DNA from: Synechococcus sp.
GTDB taxonomy: Bacteria; Cyanobacteriota; Cyanobacteriia; PCC-6307; Cyanobiaceae
Length of the DNA: 64,000 nucleotides
Direction of reading: 5' to 3'
NCBI GenBank assembly: GCA_047285805.1
Contig: JBJBCN010000002.1
Coordinates: forward strand, 416,001-480,000
In this document: positions 1-10,972 of the stretch, piece after piece
Numbering within the stretch: position 1 is the first letter of the stretch
Layout: each line of letters opens with the position of its first letter
The notes under the pieces: generated by a model
Seen by the model: the letters and a program-made list of their open reading frames with translations, nothing else
Databases searched by the model: none
What the model was told of the DNA's origin: nothing
Made by a program: the position numbers and the translations under genes

Positions 1-2003
1 GCGAGTCGAAGCAGGCAGGCCCGGCTGAAGGGGACGAGGGAGGCGGCCTCTCGCTGCTGGAGTTCCTCGCTCAAAAAGGCCTCGTAGCGGCCGTCCACCA
101 GATGCCGAATCACCGGGTGTTCAGGGCTGTAGGTCTGCACTAGGACTTCCCCCGGGCGATCGCCACGCCCCGCACGGCCCGCCAGTTGGAGCAGCAGCTG
201 CAGGCTTTCCTCGGCGGCCCGCAGATCCGGTCGATGCAGCAGGCCATCGGCCGCCAGCACAGCCGCCAGGGTGACCCGCGGCAGATCCATTCCCTTCGCC
301 AGCATCTGCGTGCCGATCAAGACATCGGCCTCTCCACGGGCAAACCGTTCCAGGAGCTGCCTGTGGCCATCCCGTCCCCGAGTGGTGTCGCGGTCGAAGC
401 GCAACAGGCGCAGGTCCTCGAGTTCGTCCGAGAGGTGCTCGAGCACCTGTTGGGTGCCAGCACCGAAGGGCTTGAAGGCCGTCGAGCCGCAATGTCCGCA
501 GCGGCGTTCGAGTTCGGCCCGATGGTCGCACCAATGGCAGCGGAGCCAGGAGCGCTCCCGCTGGCGGTGCACCGTGAGGGCCACATCGCAGTGGGGGCAC
601 TGCACCACCTCACCGCAGCTGCGGCAACTCAAAAAGCTGCTGTAGCCCCGGCGCGGTACTAGAACCACGGCCTGCTCGCCCCGTTCTTTGAGGTTTTCCA
701 GGCGATCCATCAAGGGCCGACTGACGAGTCGGCGATGACCCTCCGCTAGCTCTTGTCGCATGTCCACCACCAGGACCGGTGGAAGCTCACTCGTGCCAAT
801 CCGTTTGGGTAGCCGCACCAGCTGGCAGTCCGCGTGGGGGCCTTGGCAAGCCCGCCATGTCTCGAGGCTGGGGGTGGCACTGCCCAGGATCAACGTGGCA
901 CCGCAGCTCTGGGCCCGCAGCTTCGCGACGTCCCTTGCGTGGTAGCAGGGCATTGGGCTGTCCTGCTTGTAGGAGCGGTCATGCTCTTCATCGAGGACCA
1001 CCAAGCCCAGCTGCTGGAGGGGCAAGAAGATCGCTGAGCGGGTGCCCACCACCAGCAGCGGTCTGTCGCTGTTCAGGCAGCGGCGCCAGGTGTGAATCCG
1101 TGCGCCATCGCTGCAACCCGAGTGGTATTCCGCCACCGCGGTGCCAAAGCGGGCCCGGCTGCGATCTAACAGTTGGGGGATGAGGCCAATCTCGGGGGTC
1201 AACAACAACACGGAACGACCCGCCTTGAGGGCCTGGGCGGCCGCATGGAGATAGACCTCCGTTTTGCCGGCTCCTGTGACGCCCCAAAGCAGGAGTCGCC
1301 TTCCGGGTTTCGCCTGCTCAATCGCGGCCAGGGCCCGGGCCTGATCCGCCGTGAGCTCTTTTGGGCGGCCGTCCTCGGGTCGGTGGATGGTTTCCGGGGC
1401 CGTTGCGACGTGAAAGCGGCGCCGCTCGCGCCGGATGGTTCCCCGGCGCAGCAGGGTGTCACTCACGGATCGGCTGACCTGAGCGGCCTCGAGGGCCTGC
1501 GTTTGCCAGCACTGACCTCCTTGGCTCTGGAGGACCTGCAGCAGACGGCTCTGCCCCTCGCTCCAGCTGGCAACCACCTCCTCCGTGGGCGGTTGAACCA
1601 GCTCGAGCCAGAGTTGCTCCCTGGGGCGTTCCGGGGCGGAGCTGGCCCGTTGTCCCAGCCAGCCGGGCGGCAGGACTGCCTTCAGTGTTCGAAAGGATGT
1701 GGTCCGGCACTGCTGAGCAACAGTCTCAATCAGGCCCTGCCAATGCGGTTCAACCGCTGCCTGCTGATGGATCGTTTCAATCGGTTGCAGGGCTTTACCG
1801 GCCAGGGCTGATGGGACCTGGTCGAGCAGTTCCACCACCAGTCCGACATGGCGGCGGCCCCGCAGTCGAATCTGCACTAGATCGCCTGGGGCGCAAGGTA
1901 GTTGCCGGGGATTGCTGTAGGTGAAAACCTGTCCTTCCCGGCCTGCCTCGAGCCAGACCTGGACCCAGGAGCCCTGGGCAGCAGCTGAGGCGGAGACGGT
2001 CAA
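1..2003 (-). CDS. priA: Primosomal protein N' (replication restart helicase); 3' end runs off the window
   Basis: Not in the ORF track because it is open at the edge. Hand translation from TTG at 2003 gives MTVSASAAAQGSWVQVWLEAGREGQVFTY, with Walker A LWGVTGAGKTEVY (~1255-1290, same frame) and DEEHD (~980-995). Divergent from sigA. Confidence 0.93.
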   Translation of the reverse strand, partial: MTVSASAAAQGSWVQVWLEAGREGQVFTYSNPRQLPCAPGDLVQIRLRGRRHVGLVVELLDQVPSALAGKALQPIETIHQQAAVEPHWQGLIETVAQQCRTTSFRTLKAVLPPGWLGQRASSAPERPREQLWLELVQPPTEEVVASWSEGQSRLLQVLQSQGGQCWQTQALEAAQVSRSVSDTLLRRGTIRRERRRFHVATAPETIHRPEDGRPKELTADQARALAAIEQAKPGRRLLLWGVTGAGKTEVYLHAAAQALKAGRSVLLLTPEIGLIPQLLDRSRARFGTAVAEYHSGCSDGARIHTWRRCLNSDRPLLVVGTRSAIFLPLQQLGLVVLDEEHDRSYKQDSPMPCYHARDVAKLRAQSCGATLILGSATPSLETWRACQGPHADCQLVRLPKRIGTSELPPVLVVDMRQELAEGHRRLVSRPLMDRLENLKERGEQAVVLVPRRGYSSFLSCRSCGEVVQCPHCDVALTVHRQRERSWLRCHWCDHRAELERRCGHCGSTAFKPFGAGTQQVLEHLSDELEDLRLLRFDRDTTRGRDGHRQLLERFARGEADVLIGTQMLAKGMDLPRVTLAAVLAADGLLHRPDLRAAEESLQLLLQLAGRAGRGDRPGEVLVQTYSPEHPVIRHLVDGRYEAFLSEELQQREAASLVPFSRACLLRL

Positions 2004-2459
2004 TCTTGCAAAGCTCTTGGTAGTTTCTTAAGATGAGTCTGTTGTGCAGTCCATAGGGCTGCAGTCGGAACCAGGCAAAGTTCCGTCCAGCGGGAAGATC
2101 TTGAGGACAGCCAGCCCAGCTGAGCACCCGATCTGCGAGCCCCCCTGACAGTCTTGCCGGGCTTCTGGCCCCGTTCCGTAACCCTGTTTTACCCCCCTCA
2201 GTCAGCGCCGATTTATCGACATCACTGCTGAGATCGCCGACACCTCCCCTTCAATCGCCCATGAGCGCTCACTCCTTCACGGCGTGACTGCTGATTTGGT
2301 TGGCCTCAGAGCCAGAACCAATTCGATTGCTGGTTCGTCCTCTGCCGCTTGCGCGGATCAGAAGTCCGGAGTCCGTCTGCCGTCAGTCCTGGATGCATCT
2401 CTCCCCCGGTGATGTCCAGCTGATCTGCCTTCCGCCTCAACTTCATCTAGACGAACGCG

Positions 2460-3890
2460 ATGAGTCCTGCTGCTGCGACCAAAAAGTCAGCGACCACCAA
2501 GACTGCTTCGAAAGCGAAAGCATCAGAGACGGAGAAGAAGACCGCTGCTGAAATCATCACCGTGGCGAACGCCTCCGGTGAGGCCGTCAAGGTGACGAAG
2601 GCCAAGGCCACCAGCAACACTAAGAAAGAAACCGAGGCCGCCAATAAGGTCGCTCCGACCAAGGCCAAGGCCAAGGCCTCCAAATCCAAGACCTCCACCA
2701 CCAAAGCTGCCGCCAGTAAGAAGACCACGACGACCAAGGCGGCCTCAAGTAAAGCTTCTTCCACCAAAGCGGCCGCATCTAAAGCCGCTGGCAAAAAAGC
2801 GGCTTCTGCCGATCTCGACAAGGCGGCTGATCAACTGCTGGCCGCCGCTGGTAAGGCTCCTGCCGCAGCCGCCAAGGCGTCCGAGAAGGACGCGGCCAAG
2901 ACCGCCAAGGCTCTGGCCAGTATCAAGATCGGCCCGAAGGGCGTCTATACCGAAGACTCGATTCGAGTTTATCTCCAGGAGATCGGCCGCATCCGCCTTC
3001 TGCGGCCTGATGAAGAGATCGAGCTGGCGCGCAAGATTGCCGACTTGCTCCAGCTTGAAGAGCTGGCGAACCAGTTCGAGGCCGATAATGGCCACTATCC
3101 CGACACCAAGGAGTGGGCCGCTCTCGTTGAGATGCCCCTGGTCAAGTTCCGCAGGCGCCTGATGCTCGGGCGGCGCGCCAAGGAAAAGATGGTTCAGTCG
3201 AACCTCCGCTTGGTTGTTTCGATTGCCAAGAAGTACATGAACCGGGGCCTGAGTTTCCAGGACCTGATTCAGGAAGGCTCCCTCGGCTTGATTCGTGCCG
3301 CTGAGAAGTTCGACCACGAGAAGGGCTACAAGTTCTCGACCTACGCCACCTGGTGGATTCGTCAGGCGATTACCCGCGCCATCGCGGACCAGTCCCGCAC
3401 GATTCGTCTCCCGGTGCACCTCTACGAGACGATTTCTCGAATCAAGAAGACCACCAAGACCCTCTCCCAAGAGTTCGGCCGTAAGCCGACCGAAGAGGAA
3501 ATTGCTGAGTCCATGGAGATGACCATCGAGAAGCTCCGCTTCATTGCCAAGAGCGCTCAGTTGCCGATTTCCCTGGAAACCCCGATCGGCAAGGAAGAGG
3601 ATTCCCGCCTCGGTGACTTCATCGAAGCCGACATCGAAAACCCCGAGCAGGATGTCGCAAAAAACCTGCTGCGAGAGGATCTTGAGGGTGTTCTGGCGAC
3701 CCTCAGCCCCCGCGAACGTGATGTGCTGCGCCTGCGCTACGGCCTCGATGACGGTCGGATGAAGACCCTCGAAGAGATCGGTCAGATCTTCGACGTCACC
3801 CGCGAACGGATCCGTCAGATCGAAGCCAAGGCCCTGCGCAAACTGCGGCACCCCAACCGCAATGGTGTGCTCAAGGAGTACATCAAGTAA
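2460..3890 (+). CDS. rpoD: Principal RNA polymerase sigma factor (sigma70 group 1) with Ala/Lys/Thr-rich N-terminal extension
   Basis: Motifs [62 protein letters not shown]. Confidence 0.97.
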   Translation: MSPAAATKKSATTKTASKAKASETEKKTAAEIITVANASGEAVKVTKAKATSNTKKETEAANKVAPTKAKAKASKSKTSTTKAAASKKTTTTKAASSKASSTKAAASKAAGKKAASADLDKAADQLLAAAGKAPAAAAKASEKDAAKTAKALASIKIGPKGVYTEDSIRVYLQEIGRIRLLRPDEEIELARKIADLLQLEELANQFEADNGHYPDTKEWAALVEMPLVKFRRRLMLGRRAKEKMVQSNLRLVVSIAKKYMNRGLSFQDLIQEGSLGLIRAAEKFDHEKGYKFSTYATWWIRQAITRAIADQSRTIRLPVHLYETISRIKKTTKTLSQEFGRKPTEEEIAESMEMTIEKLRFIAKSAQLPISLETPIGKEEDSRLGDFIEADIENPEQDVAKNLLREDLEGVLATLSPRERDVLRLRYGLDDGRMKTLEEIGQIFDVTRERIRQIEAKALRKLRHPNRNGVLKEYIK

Positions 3891-3969
3891 CCAAGCCGTT
3901 GACTTTTACCCAAGCGGTTTAAGGTTCAGGCGCCGGCGGGATTCCTGCCGGCATTGTCTTGAGGATTCC

Positions 3970-5070
3970 ATGGGCTTGCGGGTCTCGATTGTTCTGCCCA
4001 CCTACAACGAAAGGGGCAATATCGAGCCGCTGTTGGCCCAACTGCTTCCCCTCAGTGAGCAGTGGGACCTGGAAATTTTGGTCGTCGATGACGATTCAGC
4101 TGATGGAACCGCCGAGCTGGTGCGTCAGCTCGCCCACAACGAGTCGCGGCTTCGCCTGATCCGCCGGGTTGGTCGCTCCGGTTTGGCCAGCGCGATCAAA
4201 GAAGGATTGCTGGATGCCACCGGAGATCTGGTGTTGGTGATGGATAGCGATGGTCAACACGAGCCGGGATCAGTCCGCCGCGCCATCGAAAACCTGGAAG
4301 CCGGAGGCTCCGATCTGGTCATCGGCAGCCGCTTCCATCCCGAGGCCAAGATCCTGGGGCTGAGTGACCGCCGTGAGACGGGATCCACCTGGGCGAACGC
4401 CAGTGCCCGCTTCAGCCTGCCGAAGCGCTACGCCCATCTCACGGATTACATGAGCGGCTTCTTTGCTCTGCGCTTAGAGCCCCTGCTTCCCTTGATTCGG
4501 GGAGTGGATGTCAATGGTTTCAAGTTCCTCTACGAACTTCTGGCCGTCAGCCGTGGACGCTTGAGTACCGCGGAGGTGCCCCTGACCTTCCAACCGCGCA
4601 CCTATGGCAGTTCCAAGTTGGACCTGGCCATCTTTTGGGACTTTTTGATTTCGATTCTCCACACCCTGAGCTTCCGCCTGTTGCCCAGGCGTGCCATCAG
4701 CTTTGGTTTGGTGGGCTTAAGCGGTGTTGCGGTGCAGTTGCTCATTACGCAGCTCTTCATGGCCCTTTGGGGGCTGGGCTTTGAGCAGGCGTTGCCTATT
4801 GGCGTCATCTCGGCCGCCAGTTCCAACTACTTGATCAACAACGCCCTGACCTTCCGCTTTGCACGCCTGCAGGGTGTGCTGCTGCTACGCGGTCTGCTCA
4901 AGTTCCTGCTGGTGGCCTCCTTGCCCGTGATGGCGAATGTGGGGCTGGCCTCGGCTTACTACAGCCTCATCGCCCCCAATGCCTTCTGGGCGCAGCTGGC
5001 CGGGATTGTTGTGGTGTTCGTCTGGAATTATGCCGCCAGCAGCCGCTTCGTTTGGAACACCCCAAATTAG
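3970..5070 (+). CDS. GT2 polyprenyl-phosphate glycosyltransferase (DPM1/GtrB-like) fused to a C-terminal GtrA-like membrane domain
   Basis: VLPTYNE, VDDDSADGT, MDSDGQH, SGFF, PRTYGSSK motifs, then about four TM helices ending WNYAASSRFVW. ATG at 3970. Confidence 0.88.
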   Translation: MGLRVSIVLPTYNERGNIEPLLAQLLPLSEQWDLEILVVDDDSADGTAELVRQLAHNESRLRLIRRVGRSGLASAIKEGLLDATGDLVLVMDSDGQHEPGSVRRAIENLEAGGSDLVIGSRFHPEAKILGLSDRRETGSTWANASARFSLPKRYAHLTDYMSGFFALRLEPLLPLIRGVDVNGFKFLYELLAVSRGRLSTAEVPLTFQPRTYGSSKLDLAIFWDFLISILHTLSFRLLPRRAISFGLVGLSGVAVQLLITQLFMALWGLGFEQALPIGVISAASSNYLINNALTFRFARLQGVLLLRGLLKFLLVASLPVMANVGLASAYYSLIAPNAFWAQLAGIVVVFVWNYAASSRFVWNTPN

Positions 5071-5072
5071 AG

Positions 5073-6839
5073 ATGCAGAGGCTCCGAACTTGGCTAGATG
5101 CCAACCCCTCCCGAGCCCTCGCTGCCGCCTTGGCGTCCATTGTTGGCCTTTGCCTGCTGGCCTTCTTTAACCAGCTAGGCGGCCTGGGTCTGCTCGATAA
5201 GACCGAAGGACTCTTTGTCGAGGTGCCACGCCAGATGGTGTTGAGCGGTGACTGGGTCACCCCACGTTGGAACGGCGCGACCTTTTTTGATTACCCCGTT
5301 TGGGGGTATTGGATGGTCGGCCTTAGCTTCCAGTTGTTGGGCGTCAGTGAATGGGCAGCCCGTCTGCCGGCGGCCCTGGCGGCCAGCGCCGTGGTCTTTG
5401 CGCTTTTTGGCCTGCTCCTTGCCCTGGCACCTGCCCAGGAGTCCGTCAGTCATCGCCTTGGACGGGCAACCCTCTGCAGCGGCCTCTTGGCCTTGAGCCC
5501 CGGTTGGGTGGGCTGGGGCCGCTCTTCGGTCACCGACATGTTTTTGGCTAGTGGGATCAGCCTGGCCTTATTCGGTTTCGCGCTGGCCTATTGGCGCCGG
5601 GATCGACCTTGGTTGCGCCAGCTCGGACATGTCGCCCTCTCGCTCTTTTGTGGGGTTGCGGTACTGGCGAAAGGACCCGTGGGTTTGCTCTTGCCTGGCC
5701 TCGTGATCATTGGATTCCTAGTTTTGCGGCGTGATTTCTGGCCCGAGGTCCGTCAGACCCCCTGGCTTCCGCTGCTGTCCCTCTTCATCGGCGTCACCCT
5801 TCCTTGGTATGCGGCTGCGACCCAGGCGAACGGTTTCGACTTCCTGGCCCGCTTCATCGGTTTCAGCAACCTGGAGCGCTTCACCTCCGTCATCTACGCC
5901 CACCCCGGCCCCCCGTGGTTCTACCTGCCCTGGTTGCTGCTCTTGGCGCTGCCCTGGTCGCTGTACATACCCGTGGCGATTCTTGATCTGCAGGTCTGGG
6001 CCCCCCAGCGCTGGCATCGCACTGACGCTGGGGCAGCCCTGGCGCAAATGGCACTGATTTGGCTGGTCGTTGTCGTGGCGTTCTTCTCGGCGGCAGCCAC
6101 CAAATTGCCCGGCTACATCCTTCCGGTTGTTCCCGGTGCGGCTCTGCTCGTGGGGCTGTTCTTTGCCCCCCTGTCGTCTAGTCACCCCCGGCCGACATCG
6201 CTGGATCGTCTGCAGCGTGGCAGCGGCTGGTTCAACGCTCTGTTGCTTGGAGCCATGGCGCTGGCGGCGGTGCTCGCCCCGCGCCTGATCGAGGTGGACC
6301 CCGCCTATCCAGGTTTTGCCCATGCGATTGCGCGCTCGGGTTTGCCCTGGCTCCTGGCCCTGCCCCTTGCCGGGGCCTGCGCTGGCTTGATCGTCTTGCT
6401 GCGGGCCGCGAACTCGGAGGCGCTGCGTTGGTTGTGGCTGCCCAACACAGCTGGCTTCGCGGCGGTGCTGGCCATGGTGATTCCGGTCTTGGCGCCCTTG
6501 ATGGATCGCGAGCGCCTCTTGCCCATTCGGGTCTTGGCGCGTCAGGCAGCTGCGGCAGCAGAGCCCGGCGAGCCGCTGTTGGTGGCGGGCTACAAGCGCT
6601 ACAGCGTGGTCTTCTACAGCGGCCGGCCTGTGCTGTTCGTTCACGATGCCCGCTCTGCTCAACAGCAGCTGGAGGCGCAAGCCAATTCGGCTGGATCGGT
6701 TTTGGTGTTGGGCTCTGATCGGGAGCTTTTGGACCTTGGCGTGGGACCGGGTGATGCGGAACTTCTCGGTCGTCTGGATGCCCACCGCTTAATCAGACTG
6801 GACCGCAGCATCCTTGATCAGTTGAGCGAAAGATCGTGA
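5073..6839 (+). CDS. ArnT/PMT-family (GT-C) membrane glycosyltransferase
   Basis: DKTEGLF...QMVLSGDWVTPRWNG, EWAARLP, LAKGPVG, TKLPGYILP; polytopic membrane protein. Confidence 0.88.
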   Translation: MQRLRTWLDANPSRALAAALASIVGLCLLAFFNQLGGLGLLDKTEGLFVEVPRQMVLSGDWVTPRWNGATFFDYPVWGYWMVGLSFQLLGVSEWAARLPAALAASAVVFALFGLLLALAPAQESVSHRLGRATLCSGLLALSPGWVGWGRSSVTDMFLASGISLALFGFALAYWRRDRPWLRQLGHVALSLFCGVAVLAKGPVGLLLPGLVIIGFLVLRRDFWPEVRQTPWLPLLSLFIGVTLPWYAAATQANGFDFLARFIGFSNLERFTSVIYAHPGPPWFYLPWLLLLALPWSLYIPVAILDLQVWAPQRWHRTDAGAALAQMALIWLVVVVAFFSAAATKLPGYILPVVPGAALLVGLFFAPLSSSHPRPTSLDRLQRGSGWFNALLLGAMALAAVLAPRLIEVDPAYPGFAHAIARSGLPWLLALPLAGACAGLIVLLRAANSEALRWLWLPNTAGFAAVLAMVIPVLAPLMDRERLLPIRVLARQAAAAAEPGEPLLVAGYKRYSVVFYSGRPVLFVHDARSAQQQLEAQANSAGSVLVLGSDRELLDLGVGPGDAELLGRLDAHRLIRLDRSILDQLSERS

Positions 6840-7513
6840 TCGCCATGCCCCCTGTTTTTGGCGAGTGGCTGCATGTTCTCGGCCGGCGGCGCCTGCTTAT
6901 TTCCCTGGCCATCGCGGCGGTGCTGCTGGTGTCAGGTCCCAGCATGAAGGCCACTGCTCCTGACGCATGGGATCGGACCCTGCTCGATGGGCTGCATCAG
7001 CAGATCCCGGAGTGGCTCGGCCAGCTGTTGCTCTTGGTTTATCAAGCCAGTGGTGTTCACCTGACCGCCGTACTGGTCTTGGCCGTCCTCTGCTTTCTGG
7101 CCTTCAAGCGGTTGTGGCCCGATTTGGTCTGCCTAGTGGCAGGAACCGGCGGGATTTTGGTGATCGTGGACCGTCTTCTCAAGCCCTGGTTCGATCGTCC
7201 GCGGCCCGACGCCAGCTTGCTGGAGCTGAGTGGTCGCAGCTTTCCCAGTGGCCATGCCGCGGGCTCGGTGGTCTTCTACTTCATGAGCTGCACTCTGCTG
7301 GCCGCCCACTATCCGCGGCTGCGCAGGCCCCTCTTTGTCCTTTCAAGCCTCTGGGTGGCCCTGGTCTGGCTGAGCACGCTCTACTGCCGAGCCCACTGGC
7401 CAAGCGACATCTTGGCGGGGGCCGCCGTCGGTTATGTGTGGCTCAGCTTCTGCCTCGCGGGGTTCACCGTCTGGGAGCGGCACCATTCTCATCCCTTCTC
7501 CTCCCATGGCTAA
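6836..7513 (+). CDS. PAP2-family membrane phosphatase
   Basis: KPWFDRPRP, SFPSGH and HWPSD motifs; GTGA overlap with the upstream gene. Confidence 0.88.
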   Translation: MIAMPPVFGEWLHVLGRRRLLISLAIAAVLLVSGPSMKATAPDAWDRTLLDGLHQQIPEWLGQLLLLVYQASGVHLTAVLVLAVLCFLAFKRLWPDLVCLVAGTGGILVIVDRLLKPWFDRPRPDASLLELSGRSFPSGHAAGSVVFYFMSCTLLAAHYPRLRRPLFVLSSLWVALVWLSTLYCRAHWPSDILAGAAVGYVWLSFCLAGFTVWERHHSHPFSSHG

Positions 7514-7913
7514 CGCCTCTTCACTACTGGCTTCGCTGAAGAGACTCCGTTCAGCCCCAACCATGTCCGCGGCTGAGCAGCGCCAGTTGTCCGACGAGCT
7601 GATGGCTGCGCTTGCCACCTGCGAGTGGTTCACAGTTGGTGTGATGGCCCCCTCCGCCGCAGTCGCCGTTTCGAGCCTGCGGGCCTTGGAGGCTCGGCTC
7701 TCCTGGGAGGCCCTGCAACTGGATCCTGCTGGCGAAGAGCTGGCCTCAATTGAGGGTCCCGTCTTCCTGAAGGCCAACCAGAACACCGGCCGGTTCCTGG
7801 TGCGCCGTGAAAGCGGTCTCGGCGAAGGCCTGCTCATCACTGGCCATAACCCCGTCGATCCCAGCTCGGAAGACACCTGGGGCCCCCTGCCCTTGGGTTT
7901 GTTCGACGACTGA
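7506..7913 (+). CDS. Conserved cyanobacterial protein (DUF1824-like)
   Basis: EWFTVGVMA, GPVFLKANQ, TWGPLPL recall DUF1824; lies directly upstream of hemC. Confidence 0.75.
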   Translation: MANASSLLASLKRLRSAPTMSAAEQRQLSDELMAALATCEWFTVGVMAPSAAVAVSSLRALEARLSWEALQLDPAGEELASIEGPVFLKANQNTGRFLVRRESGLGEGLLITGHNPVDPSSEDTWGPLPLGLFDD

Positions 7914-8007
7914 TCACGACTTTTGGGCCTTTGGCCTGGATGGGCACTCCACTCCCTAGGCTTGACGGCTGTGATTCGGCGGCCCTTTGCTGCCTTGATG
8001 CATTCCG

Positions 8008-8961
8008 ATGGCTGGTTCCCAACTGCGTATTGCTTCCCGTCGCAGCCAGCTGGCCATGGTCCAGACCCATTGGGTGCGTGACGAGCTAGCTAAGGCCCAC
8101 AACGGCTTGGAGATCACCATCGAAGCGATGGCCACCCAGGGCGACAAGATCCTGGATGTGGCCCTGGCGAAGATCGGTGACAAGGGCCTGTTCACCAAGG
8201 AGCTTGAGGCTCAGATGCTGGTGGACCGTGCCGATATCGCCGTCCACAGCCTGAAGGATCTGCCCACGAACCTGCCCGAGGGCCTGATGCTCGGCTGCAT
8301 CACGGAGCGGGAAGATCCCGCCGACGCCCTGGTGGTGCACGAGAAGCACAAGGACAAGACGCTCGCGACCCTGCCGGAAGGGGCCGTTGTGGGCACAAGC
8401 TCTCTGCGCCGTTTGGCCCAGCTGCGTTACCACTTCCCTCATCTCACCTTCAAAGATGTGCGCGGCAACGTGATTACCCGCTTGGAGAAGCTCGATTCCG
8501 GTGAGTTCGATTGCCTGATCCTGGCGGCCGCGGGTTTGGGTCGTCTCGGCCTTGGGGATCGCATCCACGAACTGATCGACCCGTCCATTTCGCTCCACGC
8601 CGTCGGCCAGGGCGCCCTGGGCATCGAGTGCCGTGATGGAGACATCAAGGTCCTTGAGCAGATCAAGGTGCTCGAGCATGTCCCCACCGCTCGCCGCTGC
8701 CTGGCGGAGCGTGCGTTCCTGCGGGAACTGGAGGGCGGTTGTCAGGTGCCCATCGGCGTCAATACTCGTTTTGAGGGCGACGAGCTGGTGATGACCGGCA
8801 TGGTCGCCAGCCTCGATGGCAAGCGTCTGATCCGTGATCAGGTCCAGGGAGATCAAACCAACCCCGAGGTCCTCGGGGTTGGTTTGGCCCACAAACTAAA
8901 GGCCCAGGGAGCAGGAGAGATCCTGGAAGAGATCTTTGCAACCGTTCGGCCCGAGGCCTGA
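8008..8961 (+). CDS. hemC: Hydroxymethylbilane synthase (porphobilinogen deaminase)
   Basis: [45 protein letters not shown]. Confidence 0.97.
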   Translation: MAGSQLRIASRRSQLAMVQTHWVRDELAKAHNGLEITIEAMATQGDKILDVALAKIGDKGLFTKELEAQMLVDRADIAVHSLKDLPTNLPEGLMLGCITEREDPADALVVHEKHKDKTLATLPEGAVVGTSSLRRLAQLRYHFPHLTFKDVRGNVITRLEKLDSGEFDCLILAAAGLGRLGLGDRIHELIDPSISLHAVGQGALGIECRDGDIKVLEQIKVLEHVPTARRCLAERAFLRELEGGCQVPIGVNTRFEGDELVMTGMVASLDGKRLIRDQVQGDQTNPEVLGVGLAHKLKAQGAGEILEEIFATVRPEA

Positions 8962-10927
8962 CACCCCCCCGGGAGGAGTCGAGCTGGATGAGGCTCGGCC
9001 CCTTCCCTTTCAATGGAGCCTCCTGGCGTGGGCAGCTCTGGTTGGCGCCCTGACGGGCCTCGCCGTTGTTGGCTTCCATGAGCTTCTTGGCCTGATCAAC
9101 AACGGCCTGTTTGGTCCGGCCGTGTCCTGGGCGCTGGCCCTTGTGGGCCAGGCGCAACCGGAGCCGCCACCCCTTCCGGTGGAACCCTTACCGATGGACA
9201 GCGGCACACCGCTGCGTGCTCTGCTGCAGCTCGGTTTAGGGGGCGTGGGCTTCCTCCCTGATCAGGTCCCTGCAGTTCCGGACCCGGACCCGGTCCAGGC
9301 CATGGCTGGAGATCTACCCCTCTGGTTGGCCTCTTGGCCCGTGGTGCTGATGCCACTCCTCGGTGGCCTGGGGGTCGGCGTGTTGCGGCTCTGCTCGAAG
9401 GATTTGGGACCAGGCTTGCCGAGCTTGATGGCCATGGCCGATGGGGCTGTCCAGGCCAACCCGAAGCTGCCCTTTCAACGCCTCCTCGGGGCCTCCTTTA
9501 GCTTGGGGAGTGGTGCTTCCCTGGGGCCTGAGGGGCCGAGCGTGGAGAGCGGCGGCAACATTGGTCTCTGGCTTGGGATGCGTGGCGGCCTGCCGCCGGA
9601 GTCCCAGAAGGCCTTGGTTGCCGCCGGCGTTGCGGCGGGTTTGGCGGCGGGCTTCAAAGCCCCAATTGCTGGGGTCTTTTTCGCTTTTGAGGGCAGTTAC
9701 AGCACTATCCCTGGGCGCCCCAGCATCCGCGCGGTCCTCGTGGCTGCCGTGGCCTCCGCGCTTGTCACCCAGCTGTGCCTCGGCAGTGATCCGATCTTCC
9801 GGCTGCCGGCCTATGAGGTGCGCTCCCCCCTTGAGCTGCCCCTTTATCTGGGGCTGGGGTTGTTGGCTAGCGGCGTCTCCATCGCCCTGCTGCGACTTCT
9901 GGCGGCCGGCCGGAGTCCGCGCGTCCAGCACTGGTTGGGCCGCCTGCCTACATGGCTGCTCCCCGGGGTTGGCGGTCTGGCCATCGGTTTGTTGGCCTTG
10001 AGCTTCCCCCAGGTGCTGGGGGTGGGATACGACACGATTGAGGCCCTCTTGGGAACTGGTGGCGGGATCGCTCTGCTCACCCTGTTGGGCCTGCTTTTTG
10101 TGAAGCTCTTGGCTACCGCCTTGAGCAGCGCAACGGGTTTTGTCGGTGGTGGTTTCGCGCCCTCGCTCTTTGCTGGGGCGGTTTTGGGCAATGTCTACGG
10201 CCAGCTCCTTGGAGACAGCGGCTTGGGTCTGCCGGTGGCGGAACCCCCCGCCTACGCCATGGTCGGCATGGCTGCGGTCCTGGCGGGCAGTGCCCGCGCG
10301 CCCTTGACCGCTCTGTTGCTGCTCTTTGAGCTGACCCGGGACATTCGCATTGTTTTGCCGCTCATGGCGGCGGCGGGCCTAAGTGCGGCGTTGGTGGAGC
10401 GTTGGCAGGGGCTCGCTGATCCTGGTCTGCTCGGACCGGATCTCCTCGAGGATCAGCGCCGCCAATTCCTGACGGCCCTCCCGGTTGTCGACGCCTTTGA
10501 GCCAGAGGTCCCCTTGGTGCTGAATGCCGCTGAGACAGCCCAGTCGGCCCTGCAGCAATTGCTTGAGTCCCACGGCCACTGCCTGATGGTCGAGCAGGAG
10601 AACTGGGTCGTTGGACTCGTGACCCTCTCTGATTTGCAGCTGGCCCTGACGGGGCTCGGGCCTGCGGTCACGCTGGCGGACTGCCGTCGCTCCGACCTGC
10701 TCTGGCTGCCCGCTTCGGCGAACCTGGCGCAGTTGGAGGATCAGCTGCGCCCTAATGGCCTGCGCCAGCTGCCGGTCTTCGACCTCAGCCTTCCGGATCT
10801 GCCCCATCTCCCCAGCGCCCTGCCCACCAGTGGCTTGCCCGTGAAGGCTCTGCAGGGTCTGGCGAGCCGAGACGGAATGGCGCGGGCCGTGGCCCGTGTT
10901 CAGTCATCTATCAATTTCCAGCCATGA
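8936..10927 (+). CDS. ClC-family chloride channel/antiporter with C-terminal CBS-like region (start uncertain)
   Basis: [39 protein letters not shown]...FELT. Confidence 0.9.
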   Translation: MQPFGPRPDTPPGGVELDEARPLPFQWSLLAWAALVGALTGLAVVGFHELLGLINNGLFGPAVSWALALVGQAQPEPPPLPVEPLPMDSGTPLRALLQLGLGGVGFLPDQVPAVPDPDPVQAMAGDLPLWLASWPVVLMPLLGGLGVGVLRLCSKDLGPGLPSLMAMADGAVQANPKLPFQRLLGASFSLGSGASLGPEGPSVESGGNIGLWLGMRGGLPPESQKALVAAGVAAGLAAGFKAPIAGVFFAFEGSYSTIPGRPSIRAVLVAAVASALVTQLCLGSDPIFRLPAYEVRSPLELPLYLGLGLLASGVSIALLRLLAAGRSPRVQHWLGRLPTWLLPGVGGLAIGLLALSFPQVLGVGYDTIEALLGTGGGIALLTLLGLLFVKLLATALSSATGFVGGGFAPSLFAGAVLGNVYGQLLGDSGLGLPVAEPPAYAMVGMAAVLAGSARAPLTALLLLFELTRDIRIVLPLMAAAGLSAALVERWQGLADPGLLGPDLLEDQRRQFLTALPVVDAFEPEVPLVLNAAETAQSALQQLLESHGHCLMVEQENWVVGLVTLSDLQLALTGLGPAVTLADCRRSDLLWLPASANLAQLEDQLRPNGLRQLPVFDLSLPDLPHLPSALPTSGLPVKALQGLASRDGMARAVARVQSSINFQP

Positions 10928-10950
10928 AAAAAGCCCCCGCTTGGGGGCTT
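10927..10950 (-). terminator. Intrinsic terminator of ppa
   Basis: Hairpin AAGCCCCC-gctt-GGGGGCTT with an adjoining A6 run (U-tract on the minus strand), between convergent genes. Confidence 0.8.
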
Positions 10951-10972
10951 GGATGGCAGTGAAGAGCTCTGC

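Noticed and set aside
121..2127. Many short overlapping ORFs in the track
   Set aside because: They are shadows of priA, which occupies a minus-strand frame from 2003 off the left edge.
2460..2930. Ala/Lys/Thr-rich quasi-repeats at the start of sigA
   Set aside because: This is a low-complexity protein extension usual for picocyanobacterial SigA, not a DNA repeat element.
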